Shown piece after piece: positions 19,433 through 30,088 of a stretch of DNA of 64,000 nucleotides; position 1 is the first letter of the stretch, and the number at the start of each line of letters is the position of its first letter. A program made the position numbers and the translations under genes. The stretch comes from Candidatus Krumholzibacteriia bacterium (GTDB taxonomy: Bacteria > Krumholzibacteriota > Krumholzibacteriia > LZORAL124-64-63): the NCBI GenBank assembly GCA_046484865.1, contig JAWOID010000104.1, forward strand, positions 11,037-75,036. The letters are read 5' to 3'. The notes beneath the pieces were generated by a model that did no database searches, was not told the DNA's origin, and saw only the letters and a list, made by a program, of their open reading frames with translations.

Positions 19433-20497
19433 ATGAGCCTGACCCCCGACCGCATCGTCGAGCTGCTGGGCGACCGCGCCGACGATCTGCTGGGCTTCTC
19501 GAACCCGAAGATCTCCCGCGATCAGCTGCATCTGCCCGGGCCCGACTTCGTGGACCGGGTCTGGCGCGACTCCGACCGCAGCCCCGTGGTGCTGCGCAAC
19601 CTGCAGAGCCTGTGGGACCACGGGCGTCTGGCAGGCACCGGCTATCTCTCCATCCTGCCCGTGGACCAGGGGATCGAGCACTCCGCGGGGGCGAGCTTCG
19701 CGCCCAATCCCGTCTACTTCGACCCGGCGAACATCGTGGAACTGGCCATGCAGGCGGGCTGCAACGCCGTGGCCTCGACGGTGGGCGTGCTGGGCGCCGT
19801 GGCGCGCCGCTATGCCCACCGCATCCCGTTCCTCGTGAAGCTCAACCACAACGAACTGCTGAGCTACCCCAACAGCTACGACCAGATCCTCTTCGCCGGC
19901 GTCGAGCAGGCGTTCGACCTGGGGGCGGTGGCCGTGGGCGCCACCATCTACTTCGGCAGCGAGGAGTCGGAACGGCAGATCCAGGAGATCAGCGAAGCGT
20001 TCCATCACGCTCACGAGCTGGGCCTCGGCACCGTGCTCTGGTGCTACCTGCGCAACAGCGAGTTCAAGAAGGGCGGCATCGACTACCACGGCGCCGCGGA
20101 CCTCACCGGCCAGGCCAATCACCTGGGCGTGACCATCCAGGCGGACATCATCAAGCAGAAACTGCCCAAGACGAACGAGCCGGGCTTCGAGGACATCGGT
20201 TTCGGCAAGACCCACGACAAGGTGTACACCGACCTCTCCAGCGACCACCCCATCGACATGTGCCGCTACCAGGTGGCCAACTGCTACCTGGGCCGCGCGG
20301 GGCTCATCAACTCCGGCGGGGCCAGCGGCAAGAGCGATCTCGCCGAGGCGGTCACCACCGCGGTCATCAACAAGCGTGCGGGGGGCATGGGGCTGATCAT
20401 GGGTCGCAAGGCATTCCAGCGGCCGATGCGCGACGGCGTGGAGATCATCAACGCGGTGCAGGACGTCTACCTGGACCGGGAGATCGCACCCGCGTAG
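19433..20497 (+). CDS. fbaB: Class I fructose-bisphosphate aldolase (DhnA/FbaB)
   Basis: [60 protein letters not shown]. Confidence 0.95.
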   Translation: MSLTPDRIVELLGDRADDLLGFSNPKISRDQLHLPGPDFVDRVWRDSDRSPVVLRNLQSLWDHGRLAGTGYLSILPVDQGIEHSAGASFAPNPVYFDPANIVELAMQAGCNAVASTVGVLGAVARRYAHRIPFLVKLNHNELLSYPNSYDQILFAGVEQAFDLGAVAVGATIYFGSEESERQIQEISEAFHHAHELGLGTVLWCYLRNSEFKKGGIDYHGAADLTGQANHLGVTIQADIIKQKLPKTNEPGFEDIGFGKTHDKVYTDLSSDHPIDMCRYQVANCYLGRAGLINSGGASGKSDLAEAVTTAVINKRAGGMGLIMGRKAFQRPMRDGVEIINAVQDVYLDREIAPA

Positions 20498-20673
20498 TGC
20501 GCGACCGTCGCCGGTGTGCCGGCCGCCGGCACGGCGCCGACATTGCCCCGGCTCCCGCCGTGGTATAGGTTACTGCCCACGTCGACCCGGTCCCCGGCGG
20601 GCCCCGGAGGGCCCCGGAGGGCTCCGAGCGACACCGCCACCCGGGACATCCATCGCCAGCGGAGGAGCGAGCC

Positions 20674-21705
20674 ATGCCACTGGTACCCATGCGCGTTCTC
20701 CTGGACCACGCCGCCGAACACGATTACGGCGTGGGCGCCTTCAACGTGAACAACATGGAGCAGATCCAGGCCATCATGACGGCCGCCCGGGAGACCAACA
20801 GCCCGGTGATCGTGCAGGCCAGCCGCGGCGCCCGCAGCTACTCCGACGACGCCTACCTGCGCCACCTCATGCTCGCCGCCGCGGAACTGAACCCGCGGAT
20901 CCCCATCGCCATGCACCAGGACCACGGCAACAGCCCGGCCACCTGCTACAGCGCCATCCGCCAGGGGTTCACGTCGGTGATGATGGACGGCAGCCTCGAG
21001 GCCGACGGCAAGACGCCCGCCAGCTACGAGTACAACGTGGCGGTCACCCGCGAGGTGGTGAAGGTGGCCCACAGCATCGGCGTGACGGTGGAGGCGGAGC
21101 TCGGCGCCCTGGGCGGCATCGAGGACGGGCACGGCGCCGGCCTCACCGGCGAGGAGGCCCTCGCCCATCTCACCGACCCCGACCAGGCCCGCGAGTTCGT
21201 GGACGCGACCCAGTGCGACGCTCTCGCGGTGGCGATCGGCACCAGCCACGGCGCCTACAAGTTCAAGAAGAAGCCCACGGGCGAGGTGCTGAAGATGAAC
21301 ATCATCGAGGAGATCCATCGCCGGCTGCCCAATACCCACCTGGTGATGCACGGCTCCAGTTCGGTGCCCCAGGACCTGCTCGACATCATCAACGCCCACG
21401 GGGGCAACATGCCCCAGACCTACGGCGTGCCCCTGGAGGAGATCCAGCGCGGCATCAAGCACGGGGTGCGCAAGATCAACGTGGACACCGACAACCGCCT
21501 GGCCATCACCGGCGCCATCCGCAAGGTCTTCATGGACGACCCGGCCCGGTTCGACCCGCGCGATTACCTCAAGCCGGCCCGCGCAGCCATGGTGAAGGTG
21601 GTCAGGGAGCGCATGGAGGCCTTCGGCCAGGCCGGCTGGGCCGACAAGATCAAGACGCAGACGCTGGACGAGATGGCTGTCTGGTACGCCAAGGAGGGCC
21701 GCTGA
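20674..21705 (+). CDS. fba: Class II fructose-bisphosphate aldolase (CbbA-like subtype)
   Basis: [59 protein letters not shown]. Confidence 0.95.
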   Translation: MPLVPMRVLLDHAAEHDYGVGAFNVNNMEQIQAIMTAARETNSPVIVQASRGARSYSDDAYLRHLMLAAAELNPRIPIAMHQDHGNSPATCYSAIRQGFTSVMMDGSLEADGKTPASYEYNVAVTREVVKVAHSIGVTVEAELGALGGIEDGHGAGLTGEEALAHLTDPDQAREFVDATQCDALAVAIGTSHGAYKFKKKPTGEVLKMNIIEEIHRRLPNTHLVMHGSSSVPQDLLDIINAHGGNMPQTYGVPLEEIQRGIKHGVRKINVDTDNRLAITGAIRKVFMDDPARFDPRDYLKPARAAMVKVVRERMEAFGQAGWADKIKTQTLDEMAVWYAKEGR

Positions 21706-22904
21706 TGATCGGCGCCATGCGCGAGGTGCTGGGCCAGGAGCTCGGGAACATCCGCGAAGAAGGTCTGTTCAAGGACGAACGCGTGCTGCAGGGCCCCCAG
21801 GGCGCCGAGGTCCGGGTGGGCGGCCGCACCGTCCTCAACTTCTGCGCCAACAACTATCTCGGCCTGGCCAGCGATCCGCGGGTGGTGGAAGCCGCCCGGC
21901 GCACGCTCGATCGCTGGGGATATGGCCTCTCGTCGGTGCGCTTCATCTGCGGCACCACCGAGCTGCACCAGCAGCTGGAGCAGGAGCTGGCGGAATTCCT
22001 GGGGATGGAGGACGCCATCCTCTACGCCGCCTGCTTCGACGCCAACGGCGGGGTGTTCGAGCCGCTGCTGGACAAGGACTCGGCCATCATCACGGATCGG
22101 CTGAACCACGCGTCCATCATCGACGGTATCCGGCTGGCCAAGGCCGACCGGTTCATCTACCAGCACTCGGACATGACCGAGCTGGAGGAGCGCCTGAAGC
22201 AGGCGCAGGACGCCCGCTTCCGGCTGGTGGCCACCGACGGCGTCTTCTCCATGGACGGAGACTTCGCCCGGCTGCCCGACATCTGCGACCTGGCCGAGAA
22301 GTACGACGCCATGGTGCTGGTGGACGACAGCCACGCCACCGGCTTCGTGGGCGCGAACGGCCGGGGCACGCCCGAGAAGTTCGGCGTGATGGGCCGGGTG
22401 GACATCATCACCACCACCCTGGGCAAGGCGCTGGGCGGTGCCCTGGGCGGCTGCACGGCCGGACCCCGGGAGCTGGTGACCTGGCTGCGGCAGAAGAGCC
22501 GGCCGTACCTGTTCAGCAACTCGCTGCCGCCGGTGGTGTGCGGGGCGGCGCTCGAGGTGCTGCGGATCCTGCGCGACGATCCCGAACCGATCCGGACCGT
22601 CGACCGCAACCAGCAGCGGCTGCGCCGGGGCCTGCGGGAGCTGGGATTCGACGTGGACGCGGGCGAGCATCCGATCATCCCGGTGCACTTCCGCAAGCAT
22701 GCCAACGATGCGGTCATGGCGCAGACGATGGCGGCCGAACTGCTGGACGAGGGGATCTACTGCATCGGCTTCAGCTTCCCCGTGGTACCGCGGGGGCAGG
22801 CGCGGATCCGGCTGCAGTGCTCCGCGGCCCACGACGACACGCACGTGGACCGCTGCCTCGACGCGTTCGCCAGGGTGGGCCGGCGGCAGGGCGCGATCGA
22901 CTGA
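21705..22904 (+). CDS. kbl: Glycine C-acetyltransferase (2-amino-3-ketobutyrate CoA ligase)
   Basis: ATG overlaps the fba stop (TGATG); [47 protein letters not shown]. Confidence 0.95.
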   Translation: MIGAMREVLGQELGNIREEGLFKDERVLQGPQGAEVRVGGRTVLNFCANNYLGLASDPRVVEAARRTLDRWGYGLSSVRFICGTTELHQQLEQELAEFLGMEDAILYAACFDANGGVFEPLLDKDSAIITDRLNHASIIDGIRLAKADRFIYQHSDMTELEERLKQAQDARFRLVATDGVFSMDGDFARLPDICDLAEKYDAMVLVDDSHATGFVGANGRGTPEKFGVMGRVDIITTTLGKALGGALGGCTAGPRELVTWLRQKSRPYLFSNSLPPVVCGAALEVLRILRDDPEPIRTVDRNQQRLRRGLRELGFDVDAGEHPIIPVHFRKHANDAVMAQTMAAELLDEGIYCIGFSFPVVPRGQARIRLQCSAAHDDTHVDRCLDAFARVGRRQGAID

Positions 22905-22909
22905 CCGGG

Positions 22910-22949
22910 GCCGACCGATCGAGGCCGACCGATCGGTGCCGACCGACCG
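22910..22949. repeat. Three 14-bp-period repeats GCCGACCGA(T/C)CG after the kbl stop
   Basis: Copies start at 22910, 22924 and 22938. Confidence 0.6.
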
Positions 22950-23006
22950 GATGCGGGCGGCCACCGGCGGCGGCCGTCAGGGCACGTGAAAATCGGCTCT
23001 CAGCGG

Positions 23007-23035
23007 TTGCGCCAGGACAAGCGTGCTCCTATATT
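23007..23035 (+). promoter_or_regulatory. Putative sigma70 promoter for fusA
   Basis: TTGCGC, 17-nt spacer, TATATT. Confidence 0.55.
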
Positions 23036-23166
23036 CCCGCGCTCGCGCCCGGCCCCTCGCAGGCCGGGCGCGGATTTCGTGAGACCGGGTCGCGAGGGTT
23101 CGCGGCCACGGGCCGGGCAGGTCAGGCACCGTTCCCCGGGGAGCGGAACCACGAGCAGGACAGATC

Positions 23167-25254
23167 ATGATCCAGGATCTCAGCAGGATCCGCAACATCG
23201 GCATCAGCGCCCACATCGATTCGGGTAAGACGACGCTGACCGAACGGATCCTCTTCTACACCAAGCGCATCCGGGCCATCCACGAGGTGAAGGGCAAGGA
23301 CGGCGTGGGGGCCACCATGGACTCGATGGATCTCGAGCGCGAGCGCGGGATCACCATCCAGTCCGCCACCACCTACTGCATGTGGGACAATCACCACGTG
23401 AACATCATCGACACGCCCGGTCACGTCGACTTCACCATCGAGGTGGAGCGCGCGCTCAAGGTGCTCGACGGCGCCGTCCTCGTGCTATGCTCCGTGGCGG
23501 GAGTGCAGAGCCAGTCCATCACGGTGGACCGGCAGATGCGCCGCTACGGCGTGCCGCGCCTGGCCTTCATCAACAAGTGCGACCGCAGCGGCGCCAACCC
23601 GTTCCGGGTCTCCGAGCAGTTGCGGGAGAAGCTGAAGCACAACTCCGTGCTGATGCAGATCCCCATCGGGCTCGAGGACAGGCACGAGGGCGTCATCGAC
23701 CTGGTCACCATGGAGTCGGTGCTCTTCACCGGGCCCGCCGGCGAGACCGTGGAACGGGGCGAGATCCCGCCCGGGCTGCGCGTGGAGGCCGAGGCGCGGC
23801 GCGAGGTCATGCTCGACGCGGTCAGCATGTTCAGCGACGAGCTGACCGAGGCCGTGTACAACGATGCCGTCACCCCGGAGCTGATCCACGCGGCGGTGCG
23901 CAAGGGCGTGCTCGCCAAGCAGCTCACCCCGGTGTTCATGGGCAGCGCCTACAAGAACCGGGGGGTGCAGACGCTCCTGGACGCGGTGGTGCGCTACCTG
24001 CCCCATCCGCAGGACATCCGCAACGAGGCGGTGGACCTGACCGGTGACGAGGAGCGCCGCTTCACGCTGACCAACGATCCGGCCGACCAGCTCATCGCCA
24101 ACGCGTTCAAGCTCGAGGACAGCCCTTACGGTCAGCTCACCTACGTGCGCATGTACCAGGGGACCATCCAGAAGGGCAGCGAGATCCTCAACACCCGCAC
24201 CGGCAAGAAGGTGAAGGTGGGGCGGCTGGGCCGCATGCACGCCGCCACCATGGAGGACATCGAGAAGGCCGGCGCCGGCGACATCATCGCGCTCTTCGGG
24301 GTCGACTGCGCCAGCGGCGACACCTTCACCGAAGGGCGCAAGGTCGTGCTCTCGAGCATGCACGTGCCCGAGCCGGTGGTCTCGCTGGCGGTGAAGCCGG
24401 TGGACATCAAGTCGCAGGACAGGATCTCCAAGGCGTTGCACCGGTTCACCCGCGAGGACCCCACGTTCCAGACGGCGGTCGACCCGGAGACGGGCGACAC
24501 CCTCATCCGGGGCATGGGCGAGCTGCATCTCGAGGTGTACGTGGAACGCATGCGCCGGGAATTCGGCGCCACCGTGCAGACGGGCGCGCCCAAGGTGGCG
24601 TACCGGGAGAGCATCACGCGCAGCGTGCCGTTCAACTACACGCACCGCAAGCAGACCGGCGGCTCCGGGCAGTACGCGAAGATCATCGGAGTGCTCGAGC
24701 CCACGGACGACGGACAGTACCGCTTCGAGAACGTCGTCACCGGCGGCAACATCCCCAGCGAGTACATCGGCGCCTGCGAGAAGGGCTTCCGCGAGATGAT
24801 GACGCAGGGCCAGTACATCGGGCACCCGGTGCAGGGACTCAAGGTGGTGCTGCAGGACGGCGACTCGCACCCCGTGGATTCGTCCGACATGGCCTTCATG
24901 GTGGCCTGCCACGGCGCGTTCCGCGAGGCCTACAACAGGGGGGCGCCGGTGGCGCTGGAGCCGTTGATGCTGGTGTCGGTGGAGGGTCCCACCGAGCACC
25001 AGGGTGACGTCCTGAAGACCATCCTGCAGCGCCGCGGTATCATCGTGGGTACCACCGAGGACGAGGGATTCGTCCGCATCGACGCCACCGTGCCGCTCGC
25101 CGAGATGTTCGGCTACGCCACCGTGTTGCGCTCGGCGACCCAGGGCAAGGCGGAGTTCAGCATGGAGTTCTCCCGGTACGCGCCGGCGCCGGCCGAGGTG
25201 GCGCAGAATCTGCGCAAGGAGTACGAGGAGAAACGCGCCGCGGGCACGAAGTAG
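23167..25254 (+). CDS. fusA: Elongation factor G, stand-alone copy (spdEFG1/mtEFG1-like)
   Basis: [60 protein letters not shown]; no rpsL/rpsG/tuf adjacent. Confidence 0.96.
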   Translation: MIQDLSRIRNIGISAHIDSGKTTLTERILFYTKRIRAIHEVKGKDGVGATMDSMDLERERGITIQSATTYCMWDNHHVNIIDTPGHVDFTIEVERALKVLDGAVLVLCSVAGVQSQSITVDRQMRRYGVPRLAFINKCDRSGANPFRVSEQLREKLKHNSVLMQIPIGLEDRHEGVIDLVTMESVLFTGPAGETVERGEIPPGLRVEAEARREVMLDAVSMFSDELTEAVYNDAVTPELIHAAVRKGVLAKQLTPVFMGSAYKNRGVQTLLDAVVRYLPHPQDIRNEAVDLTGDEERRFTLTNDPADQLIANAFKLEDSPYGQLTYVRMYQGTIQKGSEILNTRTGKKVKVGRLGRMHAATMEDIEKAGAGDIIALFGVDCASGDTFTEGRKVVLSSMHVPEPVVSLAVKPVDIKSQDRISKALHRFTREDPTFQTAVDPETGDTLIRGMGELHLEVYVERMRREFGATVQTGAPKVAYRESITRSVPFNYTHRKQTGGSGQYAKIIGVLEPTDDGQYRFENVVTGGNIPSEYIGACEKGFREMMTQGQYIGHPVQGLKVVLQDGDSHPVDSSDMAFMVACHGAFREAYNRGAPVALEPLMLVSVEGPTEHQGDVLKTILQRRGIIVGTTEDEGFVRIDATVPLAEMFGYATVLRSATQGKAEFSMEFSRYAPAPAEVAQNLRKEYEEKRAAGTK

Positions 25255-25326
25255 GCCGGCGGGCATGGATCCGGAGACGTCCGGCCGGCCGCGCGCACCG
25301 CGGTCTCGCCGGCAGGAAGGGAAGAG

Positions 25327-26034
25327 ATGACCCCCAAGGATGTCCTCGAGCGCAGCCCCGTGCGACTCTTCGAGCGCGCCATCGGCGGCGGACTCGGACC
25401 CGGCAACGTCGGAGTCGTCCTCTCGCGCCACGGCGTGGGCAAGACGAGCTTCCTGGTGGGGCTGGCTATCGATCACATGCTGCACGGCCGCAACGTGCTG
25501 CACATCTCCACCAAGGAATCGGTGGAGCACCTGCGCGGCTTCTACGACGAGCTGTTCCACGCGCTGGCGGCACAGCTTCGCCTGGACGACATTCCCAACC
25601 GTCAGCTCGAGGCCGAGCGGCACCGTCACATCCTCGCCTACAACCGCGACTACTTCACCCTCGAGAAGCTGGAGGAGTCGGTGGCGTTCCTGCGCGAGGC
25701 GGCGGGGTTCGATCCGCACCTGGTGATCATGGACGGCACCCCGCGGTTCGAGCACACCGAGGAGTGGGAGATGGAGGGCGTGAGACGGCTGGCGCGCGCC
25801 TGGCAAGCCGAGGTCTGGGCCAGCGGGCACACCCACCGGGAAGGGCAGGAGACCGACGCCCGCGGCATCCCCGAGGCGGTGGCGCGGTTCGATCCGTTGC
25901 TGGACGTGGTGGTGGCCCTCGAGCCCGACTCCGACCGCATCCGGCTCCGGATCCTCAAGGACCACGACCGCGAGGTGGTGGCCAACGTCCACCTGGAACT
26001 GGACGCCAACACGCGTCTGTTGCGCTGGAGCTAG
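25327..26034 (+). CDS. RecA/KaiC/DnaB-fold P-loop ATPase of unknown function
   Basis: GGGLGPGNVGVVLSRHGVGKTS (Walker A variant), VLHISTKE, LVIMDG (Walker B). Confidence 0.75.
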   Translation: MTPKDVLERSPVRLFERAIGGGLGPGNVGVVLSRHGVGKTSFLVGLAIDHMLHGRNVLHISTKESVEHLRGFYDELFHALAAQLRLDDIPNRQLEAERHRHILAYNRDYFTLEKLEESVAFLREAAGFDPHLVIMDGTPRFEHTEEWEMEGVRRLARAWQAEVWASGHTHREGQETDARGIPEAVARFDPLLDVVVALEPDSDRIRLRILKDHDREVVANVHLELDANTRLLRWS

Positions 26035-26100
26035 CCCGGCCGCCCGATCGCAGCCGACCGGCCACCCGATCGTCCAGTTGTTCGTCGCGATCCGAATCCA

Positions 26101-26128
26101 GCGCCCCGCCGGCAGGCGGGGCGCTTTC
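26101..26128 (+). terminator. Intrinsic terminator-like hairpin ending the fusA-ATPase unit
   Basis: GCGCCCCGCC-GGCA-GGCGGGGCGC-TTTC. Confidence 0.65.
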
Positions 26129-26190
26129 GCGCGGCGCGGTGTGGCCGCGACCGCGGTCCCGCGCCGGGAGAGGCGTGCCCGAGGTCGTGT

Positions 26191-26220
26191 TTGACGCCGG
26201 CCCCGCCGCCGGTCTAACCT
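26191..26220 (+). promoter_or_regulatory. Putative promoter for yggS-yggT-divIVA
   Basis: TTGACG, 18-nt spacer, TAACCT. Confidence 0.45.
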
Positions 26221-26289
26221 CGCCGGGATCCTTCGCGCCCCGCGGACACGTTCTCGCCGGCACCACGGAGCCGTTTCGAGGAGCCGCTC

Positions 26290-27018
26290 ATGATCTCGCC
26301 TGCCGACGTCGCCGCCAACCTGGCCCGCGTCCGCGAGCGCATGGCCGCGGCCTGCGCGCGCAGCGGGCGGCCCGAGGACCAGGTGCGCCTGGTGGCTGTT
26401 TGCAAGCGGATACCGCTGGAACTGGTGGTCGCCGCCTGCGCACAGGATCAGTGGGAACTGGGGGAGAGCCGCATCCAGGAGGCGGTGCCGCGGCAGCGGG
26501 AACTGGCCGCGCGGCTGGTCGACGCGGGACTCGATCCGGGCCGCGTGCAGTGGCACTTCGTCGGGCATCTGCAGCGGAACAAGGCGTCCAGGGCGGTGGG
26601 GGCCTTCCGTCTGCTGCACGGCGTCGATTCCCTGCGCCTCGCCGAAAAGCTCTCCGAGCGAGCCACCGCCGCGAACGTGGTGCAGCCCGTCCTGATGCAG
26701 GTGGACGTGGCCCGCGAACCGCAGAAGCACGGGGTTTCTCCCGCCGACTTCCCCGCCGTCCTCGACGAGATGGCGGCGCTGCCGCAGCTGGAACTGCGGG
26801 GACTCATGTGCATGGCCGCGCTCGACGCACCCCCCGACGACGTGAGGGCCACGTTCGCCACCCTGCGGCAACTGGCCGAGGATGCGCGGCGCGCGACCGG
26901 CCTGCCCCTGCCCGAGCTGAGCATGGGGATGACCGACGATTTCGAGCTGGCCATAGCCGAAGGCTCGACCATGATCCGCGTGGGTACCGCCGTCTTCGGG
27001 CCACGGCTGCCGGCCTGA
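26290..27018 (+). CDS. yggS: PLP homeostasis protein YggS/PROSC
   Basis: LVAVCK, LGESRIQE, WHFVGHLQRNK, LRGLM, LSMGMTDDFELAIAEGSTMIRVGTAVFG. Confidence 0.95.
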   Translation: MISPADVAANLARVRERMAAACARSGRPEDQVRLVAVCKRIPLELVVAACAQDQWELGESRIQEAVPRQRELAARLVDAGLDPGRVQWHFVGHLQRNKASRAVGAFRLLHGVDSLRLAEKLSERATAANVVQPVLMQVDVAREPQKHGVSPADFPAVLDEMAALPQLELRGLMCMAALDAPPDDVRATFATLRQLAEDARRATGLPLPELSMGMTDDFELAIAEGSTMIRVGTAVFGPRLPA

Positions 27019-27261
27019 CCGGCAAGGAATGACCGGCGGCGGCACGATCTGTCCGTCCCCCGACCAGGTGCGCCCACTTTCCGGCCGCCCGAGGGGCGCG
27101 GCCGCAAGACCGTCGCACCGGCGCGGACGGATCCGTCACCGGCGGGACTGCGGTCCGCCCTTCCCGCGCCTCGGCGGACGGGTGGCTGCCGGTTGCTCCG
27201 CCCCGACCATGCTCACCAGCGCGCGGGCGCGATCCCGCGCCGTGCTCCCCCGGAGGGCTCC

Positions 27262-27498
27262 ATGGACGTTCGAGGCTTGTTGCTGGCGCTCCTGCAGGTC
27301 TACTCGTGGCTGATCCTGGCCCGCGTGATCATCAGCTGGGTGAACCCGCGCCCCACCAACCCCCTGCTCTGGCAGATCGTGCGCGTCACCGAGCCGGTCC
27401 TTGCGCCCCTGCGCGGGTTGATCCCGTTCGGCCCCGTCGATTTCTCGCCGATCCTGGCATTTCTCTTGATACGCCTGGTCATGACACTGATCGCCTGA
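27262..27498 (+). CDS. yggT: YggT family membrane protein
   Basis: MDVRGLLL..YSWLILARVIISWVNP..TEPVLAPLR..DFSPILA; ATG 27262 follows GGAGG. Confidence 0.9.
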   Translation: MDVRGLLLALLQVYSWLILARVIISWVNPRPTNPLLWQIVRVTEPVLAPLRGLIPFGPVDFSPILAFLLIRLVMTLIA

Positions 27499-27546
27499 GG
27501 CGGCGGGACCACCGCACGCTCTCTTGGCTCTTCCGGGAGGATAGCG

Positions 27547-28797
27547 ATGAGGATCACCCCCCTCGACGTGCGCAAGCAGGAGTTCCGGCGCTCCGTCCGC
27601 GGTTTCGAGTGCGACGAGGTGCGAGCCTTCCTGGCCACCGTCGCCGACGAGTACGAGGCGGTGCTCGTGGACAACAAGCAGCTGCGCGAGCGGATCCTCG
27701 AGCAGGACCACAAGATCGCCGAGTACCACGACATGGAGCGCGCGCTGCGCGACACGCTGATGACCGCCGAGCGGATGCTCCAGGAGGCGAAGGACAACGC
27801 GCGCCGCAAGGGCGACCTCATCGTCCAGGAGGCGGCGCTCCGGGCGCAGCAGGTGCTCGATCGCGGCCGGCAGCGCGCCGAGGAACTTCGCCGGGAGCTG
27901 ATCGGACTCCACAAGGAGAAGGAATCCTACCTGGCCCGCTTCCGGTCGCTCGCCGAGTCGCAGGTGCAGTTCATCGAGAACCACAGCCGCGACTTCGAGG
28001 AGATCGATACGCGCGTGCTGGACGAGGCGGACGCCCACGTCCGCCAGGCCGGCCGACCCACCCCCGACGATGCCGGCCTGCCGACTTTTCTGCGCGAGCA
28101 GCAGCCGAGCGACTGGCGTGACGAGCGCCGGGCCGGGGAGCGCCCGGAGGCTCGCGGCGGGAGCGGGATGCCGGCGGTGGATGCCGCCCTGGATCCGGAG
28201 TCCCGGACGGCCGGCGATCTGCTGGCCGCCGCCGCCGACCTCGTGTCGGACGACGAGCGCACGCACCCCGCGACCATGCCGCAGGACCCGATCCCGGCAC
28301 CGGCTCTCGACCCGCCGCCACCGGTCCGGCCCACGGGGATGGAGGCGACCCTGCCAGCTCCCGACGCGGGTGTGGACATGCCGCGGCCGGGTCCGGGGGC
28401 GATGAATGCCATCCCGTCTCCGCTGAAGACGAGCGCCGTCCCGTTTTCCGAAGCCGCGGACCCGGCGATGGACCACCTCACAGCTCCGGCTCCGGCCCGG
28501 CAAGCGGTCGATACCGTTCCGCCCCCGATAAGTGCGGCCTTTGGAGCGGTCCCGCCTCCAGCCCCGGCTCCGGCCCGGGTGGCGCCCCAGGAAGTGGACG
28601 TCTGGCGCGACTACGCGCCCGACAACCTGTACGCCACGCCGCGTCCCCAGGCGGCCGAGCGGCCGGTATTCGCGTCCGCGCCCGCTGGCCCGGCTCCGGT
28701 CGAGAAGCCGGCCAGCGACGGTCTCGAGCCGGTCGATTCCATCCTGCGCGAGTCGACGGCGGCGTTCGGGGCGGGTGACGAGAAAGACCGCTCCTAG
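27547..28797 (+). CDS. divIVA: DivIVA domain protein with long Pro/Ala-rich C-terminal extension
   Basis: MRITPLDVRKQEFRRSVRGFECDEVRAFL followed by coiled coil; yggS-yggT-divIVA gene order. Confidence 0.88.
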   Translation: MRITPLDVRKQEFRRSVRGFECDEVRAFLATVADEYEAVLVDNKQLRERILEQDHKIAEYHDMERALRDTLMTAERMLQEAKDNARRKGDLIVQEAALRAQQVLDRGRQRAEELRRELIGLHKEKESYLARFRSLAESQVQFIENHSRDFEEIDTRVLDEADAHVRQAGRPTPDDAGLPTFLREQQPSDWRDERRAGERPEARGGSGMPAVDAALDPESRTAGDLLAAAADLVSDDERTHPATMPQDPIPAPALDPPPPVRPTGMEATLPAPDAGVDMPRPGPGAMNAIPSPLKTSAVPFSEAADPAMDHLTAPAPARQAVDTVPPPISAAFGAVPPPAPAPARVAPQEVDVWRDYAPDNLYATPRPQAAERPVFASAPAGPAPVEKPASDGLEPVDSILRESTAAFGAGDEKDRS

Positions 28798-28800
28798 GCC

Positions 28801-28959
28801 CCTCCGTTGTGCCTGGGAAAATGTGTCTGGAACCAGGAAGGCCCTGAACGGCCCAGATAATTTGATCCAACATTATTTCGACGGCAACCCTCGTGCTGCC
28901 GGTCGGCGCCTTGAACCCCTGTTGAACCCCTGGACACATTCTCCCTGGCACAACGGGGG
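28801..28959 (+). ncRNA. Candidate structured ncRNA (long hairpin, 6S-like)
   Basis: 28801-28830 pairs with 28959-28930 (about 30 bp, 2 mismatches, 3 G:U pairs on the + strand). It encloses an AT-rich segment and an inner hairpin at 28879-28905. Confidence 0.5.
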
Positions 28960-29011
28960 TTTCACGACTGGCCTTCCGTGCTCTGGCGGGGTATCGTATG
29001 CCTCCTGGGGT

Positions 29012-29040
29012 CCCCGGCCGGAATCGGCGGGGGGCTTTTT
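29012..29040 (+). terminator. Intrinsic terminator-like hairpin with T-tract
   Basis: CCCCGGCCG-GAAT-CGGCGGGGG followed by GCTTTTT. Confidence 0.55.
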
Positions 29041-29198
29041 GACGTCCGACGAGAGCCCTGGCGCGACCATCCGGGACACGCGACACGCGCGGGAACGGCG
29101 CCGCCGGCGGAACGGCCGGGCGCAACCGGCGTTTCACCCGGCCGGCGACGCGTGTTACCTTGTCCTCCCGTTCGCCCCGAACCGCCGGAGGTGATCCG

Positions 29199-30029
29199 TT
29201 GACCGATCTCCACGACCGGATCCAGGAAGCTGCCGCCTTCATCCGGGCGCGTTGCGACATCGAGCCTGAACACGGCCTGATCCTCGGGACCGGGCTGGGC
29301 GGCCTGGGTCGCAAGATCGAGGCGCAGGCGACCATTCCGTTCACGGAGATCCCGCACTTCGCGGCCTCCACCGCCACCAGCCACGACGGTAATCTCATCC
29401 TCGGCGAGCTGTCGGGCGTGCCGGTGATGGCCATGCAGGGTCGGGTGCACTACTACGAGGGCTATTCGATGCAGCAGATCACGCTGCCGGTGCGCGTGAT
29501 GAGGGCCCTGGGGGCGCGCTCGCTCATCCTGAGCAATGCGGTGGGCGGCATGAACCCCCAGTTCACGCCCGGCGACATCGTGGTCACCGTCGACCACATC
29601 AACCTGATGGGCGACAATCCGCTGATCGGGCCCAACGACGACCGTCTGGGGCCGCGTTTCCCCGACATGTCGCAGCCGTACGACCGCGCGTACGTCACGC
29701 TGGCCGAGAGCGTGGCGCTGGAGCTGCGGATCCCCCTGAAGCGCGCCGTCTACGTGGCGGTGGCGGGTCCGAACCTGGAGACGGCCGCCGAGTACCGCTT
29801 CCTGCGGGCCGTCGGCGCCGATACCGTGGGCATGAGCAGCGTGCCGGAGAACCTGGTGGCGGTGCATGCGGGCATGCGCGTGCTGATGCTCTCGGTGGTC
29901 ACGGACGCTTGCTTCCCCGACGCGCTGGAGCCGGCCGACGTGCAGAAGATCATCGCGGTGGCGAACGAGGCCCAGCCGCGGCTGGAATCGCTGGTGACCG
30001 GCTTCCTGGCCGGTCTGGCCGGGGCGTGA
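29199..30029 (+). CDS. punA: Purine-nucleoside phosphorylase (trimeric family)
   Basis: TTG start after GGAGGTGA; ILGTGLG, GRVHYYEGY, NAVGG, DHINL, GPRFPDMS, GPNLET.AE, VGMS.VPE. Confidence 0.93.
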   Translation: MTDLHDRIQEAAAFIRARCDIEPEHGLILGTGLGGLGRKIEAQATIPFTEIPHFAASTATSHDGNLILGELSGVPVMAMQGRVHYYEGYSMQQITLPVRVMRALGARSLILSNAVGGMNPQFTPGDIVVTVDHINLMGDNPLIGPNDDRLGPRFPDMSQPYDRAYVTLAESVALELRIPLKRAVYVAVAGPNLETAAEYRFLRAVGADTVGMSSVPENLVAVHAGMRVLMLSVVTDACFPDALEPADVQKIIAVANEAQPRLESLVTGFLAGLAGA

Positions 30030-30088
30030 AGCCGAGTACCGGCAGGATGGACGACGAGCGGAACCGACCGATCAGCAAGGATCGCCAG

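Noticed and set aside
28801..29190. RNase P RNA, SRP RNA, T-box or purine riboswitch
   Set aside because: The hallmark motifs (GAGGAAAGTCC, SRP GGAA loop with AGCAG, T-box GGTGGTACC, purine aptamer core) were not found. The region is kept only as an unassigned ncRNA candidate.
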